Positions 25,368 to 37,902 of a stretch of 64,000 bases of DNA are shown in pieces (within the stretch, counting starts at the first letter, position 1; every line of letters begins with the position of its first letter). Source of the stretch: Oikopleura dioica. Taxonomy: Eukaryota; Animalia; Chordata. The notes under the pieces were generated by a model, which worked only from the letters and a program-made list of their open reading frames with translations, made no database searches and was not told where the DNA came from. The translations under genes were made by a program, and so were the position numbers. The stretch is from contig OU015566.1 in the NCBI GenBank assembly GCA_907165135.1, positions 7,750,001 to 7,814,000 of the forward strand. The letters are read 5' to 3'.

Positions 25368-28300
25368 TATCACCGCGAATAATTATTTATTATAAAAATA
25401 TTTTATTTATACATAATTATCCGTCTTCTTTAATACATAAAATAATCCCTGTAAATAATTATCCGCCGATATTTTACGAGCTGCTGTGTATAGGCCCAAC
25501 GGTAAAACAATTAAAAATATAAAAAAAAAGCGTGCGGAAAAATTGCACGCGAAATCCGACGTAGCACAAAACTGTGCAATGATGAAAACACAAAGAATTC
25601 CAGAAGCAAATCCAGTCCAATACAAATGTACAATGACCTCCAGAACTTTCCACTATGCAGAAAAAAACTGAAACTGAAAGAAAACGACTTTTCGCCTTCT
25701 CATGAATACTCACGAAGATCGACTCTCTATCGCCATCCCCAGACCAGTTTTTTGTTTTCTAAAGCAAAAAAACAAAAGCTCTTTCTAATACATTTCCGTC
25801 CATAAAGAAAGAGAAATCATCCCTTCTCTCTCACACGCTTTCGTGCATTTTAACCCGCCGCCGCGCGCAGGTAAGCGCATTCAGTTGCGCGAGCTGTCAA
25901 CACACGTTTTTTTCGCGAGAAAACTCTGGGAAGGGGATGAGTCGATAATTACACACTGTACATTTCGCTAATCACTGTAAATAAACTACTTGCCCATGTT
26001 ACAGAGACCTGAGCGCGGAGGGGTTCTTAACTCCCGCACGACATGGATCTCAAACAAGTAAATGTGCGCGCAAGAAATTTTAAACGCCAAAAGATGCTGG
26101 TATATTCTTCACTTGCTCATTTGTTCATTTCGTTGAGGTTTGTAGAAAGAATTTTGCTTGTCTTCTTTATCTTTATGTAAAATCAATCCAGTGGTTCAGC
26201 AAAGTCGCTTATCAGATATACAACGCCACGGAAAACACAGAGTCGGTGAATAAAAACAGCACACGTGGCCATAAAACTCATTCTATCTTGCCATACCGTC
26301 GTTTATTGACAGAAAAGGGCACGAGTTTGGTCTTCAAGGTCTTCAAAAGTCGAGATTTTCCGATCTTCAAGAACGGAAGATTCTGAGAAAATTCGCTGAA
26401 AACAGTACAGTATTTCCTTTCTCAAGTAAATAATTTCATCTTTGCGTGGAACGTGTTTGAGTACTACCCGCTTGTGTTAGAGTAATTCTAGCAAAACAAC
26501 AAACTTGAGCGCAGGTGGCTCAGTTCGGATAAGAAATTGTAACGAGCAGGAAGATTGAGAGAGCAGGGGTGCTGAAGTTCTTAACGAACTTTAGAATATC
26601 ATCTCTTTCTTGTTCTTCTTTGAAGCGAATTCTTTGAGACGCGTTGTTGGGTTTAAAGCCGTGTAGTATTGCGCGAGGTGCGGAAATCGGCGAATCCGCA
26701 AAGGTGAAAGCCTTTCTCCTGAACGTGTTAAGTTTGCCACCGCCGAGCTTGAGGAGTTAATCCCTTTTGGCTAGTCAATTTCCTGCTTGGATCATTGCGG
26801 TGCGCACAGCATTTGATTAGATTCGCCCTAAGCCAATTAATTTATTAAAGCTACGAGCCCCTTAGGTAAACCCTTGTAAACACGATCAACACTCATTACA
26901 GTCGATTTCCGGCCCTTACGCTTGAGCTGTTATACCATCAGTTGCGATAATTGCATGACGTAATAGAATATCTGTACGACAACCATCGCAAAACAAAAAT
27001 CTATCATAATTACGGGTTTCCGAATGACGATTCTTATGGTCAATGCTAGTCATAAAGAATATCATGACTTCTATACAATATGAATTCATCATAATAACGG
27101 TTAAAACGCTATTATGACAAATTCACAACACAAAGCAAATTATGAAATGATTTGTGATGATATACTCTATGACTACTTAGAAAACTACTTTCTTAAAAAT
27201 CGATCATAAATTCGATTTTTTGATACCCTTGTCATTCAGTTTTGTAAGTAATCAACGCATCCGGATTTTTAAAACATAATTCCATCTTCTAAAATAGGCT
27301 ATTTTCAGAATAGATATATCTTTATGCTCCGTAAAATGCAGCTCCCCGTGCTATTATTATTATTCAAATTAGCCAGGTAGACAAAAGCCGTTGTAAGGGG
27401 GTTGAGGTCCAGGCACTTTCCGGCGCTGGAAAGACGAATTCCGATCCAGCGAGTTAAAAGTTTATTTCCTCCGCGCTGATTTAGACTCTCTTCGCTTTCA
27501 ATTTAATACTGCGTTATTATTTACATCGCGAGCTGGAATTATTTCTTGCTTTCGGTGCTTGCTTTTTTGATCGATCTAAACGTGTATACTTTTGACTTTC
27601 CTAAATAAACATATTTAATGTACTAAAATGAAACGAACAAAAATAAATACGAGCAAGTTTATTGAAATCTGTCAAATTCATCATTTTTGGTCACCAGTCA
27701 GTTATCAACAATATTTTCTCATGTAAGTACTCAATCAACGGCCATTCAAACTGTCAGTTACAATTACCGAGTGAACGCGTAAAAAGCTGCCCCGTTCAGC
27801 CATTCTTCTAGGGCAACCTATCATCTAGGGCTACCCATCGAAGTTGAAAAATTATCAAATCTAACAGTGTTCTCCACGTATACCTAAGAAGACTCGTAAC
27901 TAGGAGACTTTTCAACCACATAAACTAAAATCCCCTTGTGTTATCTTTCTTGTCTGAGACGAAAAAGCACGGCATCAACCCTTCTCTGAGAGACAATTCT
28001 AGCTCTAAGTACAATAAGATAGCCAGGTCGTGACAAAAACATCCGGATCTAATCGTCCACAATTGCGTAATCATCGTCGATTACATTGTTTACGCTTTGA
28101 CGAGCAGTCCGGGCAGCCCGCGCAGTCATCTGCTGTTTTGCCAAGTACTTTAAAATGATGCTTTGAGGCTTCCGTTAAAACGTTTGCTTCCGCAGAAGAA
28201 TATACGTCTCGCTCAGTTTAGCTATCTCAGTTACAACTAATCATATGATTTCAAACAGTGCACATGTTTCTTTTTTAAAACTAGGTCATTTAGATCGTTC

Positions 28301-28652
28301 TATTATCTTAGAAGGACTTTTATAGCGAAAATAGAGACTGAAACATGCCAAATTTCGACATTTCGAAAAAAGAAAAACTAAACTTGATGAAGAGAATAGC
28401 GTTTTTATGCAAGTGCATTTTTGCGGCTCCCTTCAGGATCATGATAACCCCACCGCAATTCGTCATTCTTCGTTTTGCCTCGCTCTGTTATTTCCTAATG
28501 AACATTTCTGTCTTCTATACAGTAGTTTTCTCTTCGGCAGTACTTTTTCAATATTTATCCATCAATCAGGAATGCGATAGAAGCGTTTTATTTGCACGGG
28601 CGCAAAACACCGTCTTAGACTCTTTGCTGGTCAAATTTCAGATATTTGTGAA

Positions 28653-31037
28653 ATGTCCACAGAAGAGAAGCGAGGTTTCGACTTAGTATGGGACCACTTG
28701 CCTCATATTTCTGGCTACCAGCTGAGAATCACTGGTATGGCCGGTTATGCTGCGATTGTAGGCGGTTTAATGGCGATTTATCCGGTTTTCGCTCAGGAAA
28801 TGATTTTAATTTCTTATTTTTTGTCTAAAGTTCATGCTGCACTGAAGCAAATGGCTACTGAATCTTGTCCAAGAAGCTCATGAACAAGTTGACTACTCCC
28901 TTACGACCCCAATCCCTTCAAAACAAGATTTTTTTAATCATTAAAAAGTATAAACCTCCTTATCGTTGTGAAACCTACTTCGACACTGAGCCAAAATTCT
29001 CAAGCCTAACCTGGGACCAAATCAATAACCTAACAGGCCCTTCCGCTGAAAGTTGCCAAGGATGGTCTTCAGATGAAAAAGGCTGTTACTACTGCAAGTT
29101 TGACGAATCTACTGTCGACTCTTGCTGGGAAAAGTTCTATGATTACTTTGATGGCTTGAAGAAATGCCTTGGAGAAGATGCTCAAAAAGAGGGGACATGG
29201 ATGTCGTGCGAGGATGAATTTGCTTTCGACAGGTCGATAAGGAATGTGACAAATTTGGTGTTCGACAAAGGCGATCCTTGGGAATCAGCAGTCACTCAAT
29301 TCAAACTCATTTGCGGAATGGAATGGTTTGACTCTCTTTCTACTGCGATGGGACTGGTTGGTTTGATGATTGGAGCCTTTGTTGCTGGATTGTATACTGA
29401 TAAGTTCGGAAGAAAGAATGCTATTCTGGTTTGGAACTTTATTACGATGGTGTTTTTGATTATTCATGCTTTTATGGAAAGGGTCAATCGCTAAAAATAT
29501 TTCTAATCCTTGTCAGCCAATAATTATTTGTTTGTTTTTTGACCGAATTTCAGCCTGATAAATATGGCTTCCTCGCCCTTCGAGTTCTTGGCAATGGAGC
29601 TCAGCATGTCTCATGGCTCGCGCAAATGACTTATTCGATGGAAGTCCTCGGCCCGACCCGCCGCTCGATTTCTGGAGCAATGACCCACGTTTACTTCTCA
29701 ATTGGGTACATGGCCACTTCTGGTGTGGCTTATTTTCTGCCTGATTGGAGAGGCTTTACTCTCTGCTACGCCGGTATCTGTGCCTTGGCAGTATTGACCA
29801 TTCCGTTTTATCCTGAAAGCCCTTCGTTTTTGTACTCAAGAAATAAGAGCCAAGAAGCTAGGGAGATTCTCAAAGGAATGGCGGATTCGACGAAAGCGGA
29901 ACTACCCGATTCTGTGCTCGACCAAATCGAAGACCAAATGAAGAATTCTGAGAATGAAAATGATTCTGAAGCGGCTGTTGAGTCCTACACAATGCTAGAT
30001 CTGTTCAAGTACCGTAGCACCGCCCTGATAAGCCTAAATATCGGATTGGCATTCACCGCGAACACATTGGTTTATTATGGCCTTTCTTTCAACGTCGACT
30101 CATTGTCGGGAAGTGTTTACGTGAACAACGTGGTGAATGGATTTGTAGAGCTTTTGGCCTATATTGTGGTGATGGGAACTCTCGATAAACTTGGTAAGAT
30201 CTCTGTTTTACGGAGCTCTCTTGATTATTGCCAAATCTTTGGCAGAAAATGATGACCTTCTTATTTTTGGTTGCAATACAAATGATCATTTTTAATTGGA
30301 TGTTAATCAGTGTAAATATTTTTCATTTAATTTTGAATAATCATCGTCTAAAATAGGCTCTCGTCTGTTCAGATAATTTGATTTTTTTTTATAATTTTAA
30401 GAATTTTCTTTTAAAAAAAGCTTATTTTTCAGGTCGAAAAATGGTCTGCGGTGGTCTGATGATTTTTGGCGGAGCTGTCTGCCTCGGTTGTATGGCGCTA
30501 GAAGCCGCAGCTGATTCTGCTGATGACAAAACCGCACTTTTAGAGGCTCAAAGATGGATGGCCTTTGTCGGTAAATTCGCCATCTCTGGATCTTTTTGTG
30601 CTGTTTATGTTTTTGCTGCTGAAGTTTTTCCGACCGTTTTGAGATCTACAGGTTATAAGAAAATAAAGAGAATGATTTTGAACTTGATTTTAGGAATTGG
30701 CTTCGGATCGATGTTTGGTCGAATTGGTGGATTTCTCAGCCCCTTTATTATCCAGATTCCCGCCACCTGGATAATCTACCTCGTGAGTTGTATTTTTCTC
30801 ATTTTTATTGAATGCTTCTTTCAGATTTTTGGAGCATTTGGAATAGTGAGCGGCGCATTGGTATTTTTCCTCCCAGAAACAAACGGAAAACCGACATTGC
30901 AAACGCTCGAGGAAGCTCTAGAATTTTACAAAAATCCAACGGCGAGCAAAACGTATCAAGTGTCCCCTACAAATTCGCAAAGAAATTCAAAGAATGAGAA
31001 AATCTCTGGAGAAGAAGAGGATGAAGCTGATTTTTAG
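28653..31037 (+). CDS. SLC22-family organic cation/anion transporter (MFS)
   Basis: Exons 28653-28796, 28949-29476 (or 29482), 29554-30193, 30433-30651, 30694-30782, 30825-31037. Motifs: large Cys-rich loop, TDKFGRK, MEVLGPTRR, YPESP, LVYYGL, AEVFPTVLRSTG, LPETNGK. Confidence 0.93.
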
Positions 31038-31804
31038 ACTTTCAAAAACAAACTATTTTGTTAAAAAAATATGAAAACAATCCATCTAAAAGGGAAAAGC
31101 TCCATTTACGTCTTGTCCAAGGCGCTCTAACAAAATTCTAGCAGGGCAATTTTGAGATAATGGAGCAGCGTGATCCTCTTACATCCACCTTGCAATAGTT
31201 TGTTATTCCGCTAAGCAAAATTATGGCTACTTTTCTTGCTTATAGTTTGTCTTTTTCACTGTCAGTCGTTTTAGAAATGAGCTATGTAAATCACTAGAAA
31301 GGCGGGGCGGATGCTTCTTTGAATTTGTTAATTTTAATGGAACTCGTCTTTTAAAACTTACGTAAATAATGAGTAAATTGCGAATACTGAAATTGTGAAT
31401 TTACGCGAAAATGATAAATGCATCAATTTTACGACAATACCACGACATTTTACGAAGAAAACAAATGGCTTTGATGAACTTGTCAGATGTCCATCACAAA
31501 CTTTCAGGGGTCTAAATACTTTCCACGCTAGGGATAAGCGGCGATAAGCGCTGCTTCAAGATTTGGAGCAACAAAGGCATTTCTAGCGATATCGGATACA
31601 CGAAGGTGTTTATGTTCACGGGGATTACTCCTCCCAGCCACTTGCATCTTTCTTGAACTTTTTCTGCATAATAAAGAGGTTTTTTAATTGCTTCTTCTTT
31701 GCGACGATAAATGATAAGAATGAACTCGTTCTCGCAAGAAAACGCTGAGAAACAAGGTTGCCCCTTTTTTTATCTCAGTATTCATCATCTATTAACAGTA
31801 AAGC

Positions 31805-32809
31805 TCAAAATATCGACACAGGTTTTGGCTCCTTCTCCACCTGTTTCTCAGGCGCCTTGCAAATTTCCGGACTTGCTTTTCCGCAGTTTGAAAAATCGCT
31901 GTTTCCAGTTTGGTCTTCGTTGATTTTTTCTTTCGCTTTTTCGAGCGCTTTCATATCGTTTTCGAATTTTTTCAATGTCTCCGCATCTATATCTGCGTTC
32001 TATCAAAAAAGGTAGGTTTGGTAGAATATTGAATAATTTACCTTGTGTCGATAAGAATTTAAATGCTGCATCAACTGGGCTTCTGAATTGAGCACGATGT
32101 CGCATTTTTTGCATCTATACTGGCCCTAATTATGATTTTAGATGATTTATCCTTCATTTCTTTTGACTAACGACTTTCGGAATCGCCGAGGGGATATTCA
32201 CAGGAGTCAAGCCTCTACTCAGACTGTACTGGACCATCTTGTGCCTGGTGGATCCCAAGTGCTGGGTCAACTGCTGCCTCGAGTTCACCGTCAAATCGCA
32301 GATCTCGCAGTGCAGATCAGGCATGCCTACAAATCTCTCGGTCAATCAAGATCGAATTTGGCTCTTTACTACTTTTTATTTTCTCGACGCAATCAGGCAG
32401 AGGATCAGGCAGCTGAATCGAAGTCGAAGCCTTGGGCTTGTCTTTTCGGGAGTTAACTTGCCCTAGAATCGAGATAGTTAAATCGAGGAAAATTTCAAAT
32501 GGGAAATTTTCAAGTACCAGGTCTGATAAACGAAGGACATCCGATTATCTGCGTCATTTCAGAGCCCTAAAAAGCAAAAGAGTCAAACAACAAAGTAGAC
32601 CGGGGAAAAATCACACAATTTTTCGTCGCTTCCGTTTTGCTTTTCCAGGCGCCTAAAATAGAAATGAATTTATGAAAATTTGGACGAGTGGTTTTTCTTG
32701 CTTTTGATACCTTGTTTTGGTGAAATTGAGGAACACCCGCTTGAGGGAGGCTTTGGAGGAGATTCGGCATGATCATTTGACTGAAGTTTTGGAGCTGGTT
32801 TGGGTCCAT
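31805..32809 (-). CDS. Matrin/U1-type C2H2 zinc-finger protein (ZNF385/ZMAT-like), multi-exon
   Basis: Exons encode CEICDLTVNSRQQLTQHLGSTRHK and CKKCDIVLNSEAQLMQHLNSYRHK; Q/P-rich N-terminus MDPNQLQNF; stop at 31805-31807. Confidence 0.8.
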
Positions 32810-33966
32810 TTGTCCGCCCGGAACGACGACGAAAATCGGCTGAACAAAGCGTTATTTCATGTTCGAAAAGACATTTTCCGGGCTTATATTTTAAATGAAG
32901 AAATGCAGAATAAAAATATAGTGTGAAAAAAAAAGTTTCTTGAGATAAGCAAAAACCACTGTGTGGCTTTTCCACCTTCTTATACAAACAAACATGCGGC
33001 TTTAGATTCTATCCCCATAATTAGCAGCGAAAGTTCCCCCTTCGATAAGAACCTGAAAATTTTGTTGCCCTCCGAGGCTTCTGTTATTTCTGGCGGCGCC
33101 TCCTTTCATCCTCTTTTTTTCTCTTTTGGATACTGGCTTTTTGGTGCTTTCAGTTCGTGATTTTGTCGATTTCGTCGAGTAAAATTAAATATAAACGTGG
33201 CACTCTGCTGTATAAATCGCTGAATAATAAATGCGGAGATTTTTTTTTATTTCTGTTCCTTTTTTCTCCTGCGAGGACGCGTGTGTGTGCCTAAATTTTT
33301 ATCAGAAAGTGTAGTGTTGACGGCGGATCGGCTTATTGATGGCCAAGGATTTATAAGTAAAAGAGACGGCCAAGGACCGCTTAGCGCAGGGTAAAAACGA
33401 GGCGACGACAGGCTTCACGGTCGATATATGAACAGTCAAAAATAACGCAGTAAACTATCTAGCAAAAAGAAAAAGACGCAGGGTCGAGTCAGAGGTGCTG
33501 ACGAGGTCGATTTACTGGGTTGTTTTTTAATAAGACCTTTTTGCCTTGAAAATTCAGAATTATGTGAACTTAGAAAAAAAATTTGATTTCTGACGGAATG
33601 GCGAGTCGGAAACTGGCATCCTGTATTGCCGGAATCAAGAATCCGGTGTTAATTGATCGATTGTTTGATTGCCGTCTTAGAATTATTTTTCGGGTGCCAG
33701 TTAAATAATTCACCGATGCAGTACTAACCCTTCACTTTTTCGATGAAAAGAATACCGCGTTAGAATGACTGTAGGCTTGTCTGCTAGTAGCACTGTATCT
33801 GACAAGCACAAATTCTGTTAAAAGAACAGCGTTATTAATTTTTAAATTGATTTTCTTTGATGAAGTGGAAACCCTTCTTATCCCCTCACGTCAGCCCCTT
33901 TCTATTCTATTGATTTGAATCAAACACTAACGGACAAACAGAGTTAAAAAAAGCTGGTAGAAAGGT

Positions 33967-36771
33967 TTATTTAGTAGTTGTTTTCTGTCTTTGTCGATCA
34001 GAATGGGTTGATGTCCCGGAGGAAACAGATTTCTTTGCATTTTGAGTTTGAGCTTTTCTTGCTTCTTTTTCCGAGTACGTAAGAGGTGGAGGGTTGGACG
34101 CTCTAGGCTTGCCATTGTTGAGCCGTTTGCCTTCATTTTCAATCTTCTTTATTGCCGCCTCAATATTTTCGTCATCTCTAGGCTCTGATTCTCCCTCTAC
34201 CTCGACCAGAGAATCCACCATCTGTTCTAGAGCTGGATCGACTTTTATCACGGTCTTTTCTGGCACTTCTTCTGCGATTGTTTGAGTTGCGGCTGCTTTT
34301 TCTCTGATGATTGTTTTCTTTCTTTCCTGTGACTTAACCCAGTCGTCAAATGCTTAATTAACTGTAACTGGATTTGATAGAATGCTTGCTTACATGTTGT
34401 GCTGGTCTGCCTGTCAGCCATAAGATTGAAATCACTCGAAGAAGTCACTAAAATATATGTTTATTGGATAAATAAAAAAGATGTGGACAGAGAAATCATT
34501 TTTCTGCATTTTGAGCTTCAGGTTTTTGAGATGGCGGATCAACTTTTGGCTTGTCGATGGTCTTAGATCTTTCAAGCTTTTCATTTTCCGAGTTATCAAT
34601 AGAAATTATAGGTTCCTTTTTTATGGGAGCTCCTTTCGGTGATTCTTTTGGTGTATGTGTGGGGGATTTTTTAGGTGCTTCTTTAGAAGATTCTTCTGGA
34701 GGACTTTTAGGGGATTCTTTAGGGAGAGTTTGGGGAGATTCTTTAGCAGAATGTTTAGGAGACTCTTTAGCGGTTTCTTTGGGACTTTCTATTGGAGCTT
34801 GTTTAGGAGCTTCCTCAGAATTTCCAGTGGAAGCCTTCGGCTCATCAGCATTCGCCTTACCCGGTGGCACCGGCGGGGTAGGAACTGGGGTTGATTCGAC
34901 AGTTGTTTCTTCTTCCTCTTCAGATGGATAGTAGTCCTCTTTTAACGGCTTCTCCTCTCGCTTTTTCTTTTCCTTCGCAACTTGTTTTCTAGCTTTCTCA
35001 CTCGCGATTGCAGCTAAAGGGTCGTATTTACTTCTTCGAAGAGCTTCCATCTTTCTTTGTCGCTCGAAGTGATCGTAGATGTAGTCTTAGAAATAATAAA
35101 AAGCCGGAGTATCTAACCATATAAATTATATGATATAATTTACCAGTTCCTTCCAAGGCTTTGCTATGAACGGGTTCCATTTCGCCATCGATTTTGCTTT
35201 GTGAGCAAATTATGTAAGAAACCTCCTTTTGAAATTCACTGGGATGTTCGACAGTATCAACAGTTGGCTTTTTACCTGAAAAATTGTTTAATATAATAAT
35301 TAATAAATCTCAGCTAACCATTTGCATTTGAAATGATTTTGTAGATCTTCTTCGGTCCTTGATTGTACATGTATTTGATTCCATTAGGATGATTTACTTT
35401 GAGAACTTCTTTGTTTAAAGTCTTGAAGAATTTTTCCATGAGAATATTTATTTTTATCGTTTTTTCTTCGAGGTAAGCATCAACAATTTTTTTATCTCTA
35501 GTTTGGTCGCACCATTGGTAGTAATTCTTTGAATCCTCTGGGTACATTTCAAGTGTAACCTTGTAGACGTTCACAGGATCACTTAAAATTTGATAATCTT
35601 TGTTGATTTCAAAATGATACTTGTTTAAATAGACTGGAAGCAAGATGCTATTTGTCCTTCTTTTGAATTTCCTCGGGTATGAGCCCTGTGGATTCAGTCT
35701 TTTGGTCGTAAACTGCTCAACTTCATCCCTCTTTGCTTTTTCTGCTGCTTCAGCTTTTTCTAATTCTCGGCGTCTTTCTGCATCTTTCTTTTCTTGCAGG
35801 TCTTTTGCATTTGTAAGCTAAAAACAATTTATCTTTATTATAAAAACAATAATCACCTTGATATCTTCTGGCATATCGTAATCAACACACACAACATCAA
35901 GATATGGGGTCACCAATTTTTCTTCTTCCGGGGTAAATTTCATAAATTGGGCTCTGTTTTGAGACTTCAAGCTTGAGAAGTCCCTACTCATTTTTAGCCA
36001 TTTTCGGTGCTTCTTTTTGAACATTTCTTTTCTTTTTTCATGAGCCCAGTGGTGGTATGGCTAAATAATTTCATAGAAAAAGTTTCGGTGAATATCTTAC
36101 AATAAATTCTTCACAAAGCTGCTCGAAACTTGTTACTTCTGTTGGAGGGTCAGTAAGAAGATAAATTGCTGAAAATGTTTTACTGACGACCAACCGTATT
36201 GCTTACTATTGAAATATGGAAGCTCTTTCACAATTTCCTTCAAAATAATTCTCTTGACAGCATCGAGGCCAGTATCTTTTACAATTTCTCCATCAGAGTT
36301 TCGGTATTTCTCCATGGTCAAATATCGTTTCGTATTGTTTATCGCAATAACCTTTCCGTCTCGAATGTCCGCATTATTCAGATAAACTCTTAGACGGATC
36401 TTGTCTTCAGGAACTTTAAGAACTTTGCCAAGCCCACGAGAATGATAAACTAAGACATCGTTGATTTTAGCTAAGAATTTTTCATAAACCTGAAGTATGT
36501 TCATCTTCTTGCAATGGTTCCGGTGTCTTGTTTTTATATTTTTTCAGCGCTTTGTCCCAGGGAGCAATACTTATTTAGGTCTTTTTAATTATACTTATAC
36601 TTGTTTTAAATTATATCAACCTTTCCTTTCAGAAAACGACTCTGAGTTTTCGTAATCTTGGCTGTTCAAGACGCCATAATTGTTGGCAGAGTAGCCACTA
36701 CTCTGGCGACGACCATCTTGGATGGATAAAACCGAGCTCATGTACGAAGAATCGTCTCTACCTGAATGCAT
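33967..36771 (-). CDS. Uncharacterised multi-exon protein with charged coiled-coil segments and ESPK/EAPK repeats
   Basis: Successive minus-strand ORFs (36133-36504, 35818-36024, 35314-35800, 34496-35050, 33967-34330) join via small introns in consistent phase; no recognisable domain. Confidence 0.65.
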
Positions 36772-37902
36772 TTTTGCTAAGTTCCTTGAGCTCTAGACTT
36801 AATCTCTTCTGGGTCTGTATAAACAGACGGAGATTGAGTGCTGGAACTATGGTCAGGCTTTAGTTCTGACAAGTCTGACTGGCGTACTACCCGTTGTCAA
36901 GGAGTTGACGAAGTCCGTTTACCGAGCTAAAAACTATCAGTACACAGATGAATTCTTATCAATGTCACCACAGTACCGGTATCTACTCCGTCTCTAACTG
37001 ATAGCGTATATTTCCACGCATACAAACAGATTCTGTAGGAGCCTAACGATCACAACAACTATCACAAAAACACACATTGACCTGTCAATACAAATTGGAA
37101 TTTTTTTAAACGAATAAGTTCTGAAATCATGGAAGACTAAGCCTGAGTTTTAGAGGAGAGACCTCAGTCATTTATTTAGTTTGAATCTTTTTCAAGGAGA
37201 CTCTTCTCCCAAATTGTGATTTTTATTTATTAAATTGAGTTCTAATTGTATTTATATTTCTATATTATTGGCCACAGCAATTAATTTTTAAAATCTCATT
37301 ATAGTAATGATATTATAACGCGTCAAGAAAACCAAAAGATTTTTCAAAAATATATTACCTGAAAATTAAGATTTTCTCGAAGTTCTCCTTCTGATCTTTT
37401 CTACTGAAAGTTCTGCATGCAACTCAAAGTCGATTAGGCCCAGTATCAATATTTGAAAGTACGCGATAACTTTTATCAGCGTAGAAAGAGCTTTATTGGC
37501 AATAAATTATTGCTTACTTTTCGGTGACAGCTTCAAAATATCGTGAAGGAAATTCGCAGCATAAGTTCGTTTTCTCAAGTTTTTACTAAATCAAATTGGA
37601 AGTAAAGTCATTCACTCAAGTACTGTATGGAATGCTTAGATGTTTGAGCAATCTGCTGATATTCACTTATCTCAGATACTTATTTCCGGAATTTGACATG
37701 ATCTGGAAATTATTAAATCATTCATCAATCGTACAATATTTTTGAAATTTATTTTGCCATTTAATAAAAAAAAACATGGTTGTCTATACAGAAATAAGGG
37801 TGTACAAAAGTGTTATTCTTATCATTCAGAAAATCTTTTCCTCGGACGGAAAAAGCGTCAAAAGCGATATCAAATCTTCATGTTGCGTCGTAGGGATCGT
37901 AC

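Noticed and set aside
28345-28686. 113-aa ORF upstream of SLC22
   Set aside because: It overlaps the probable outron/acceptor region of SLC22 and has no motif; likely spurious.
34551-34931. Plus-strand ORF with periodic Gly/Asp/Ser/Leu
   Set aside because: It is the antisense shadow of the ESPK repeat exon.
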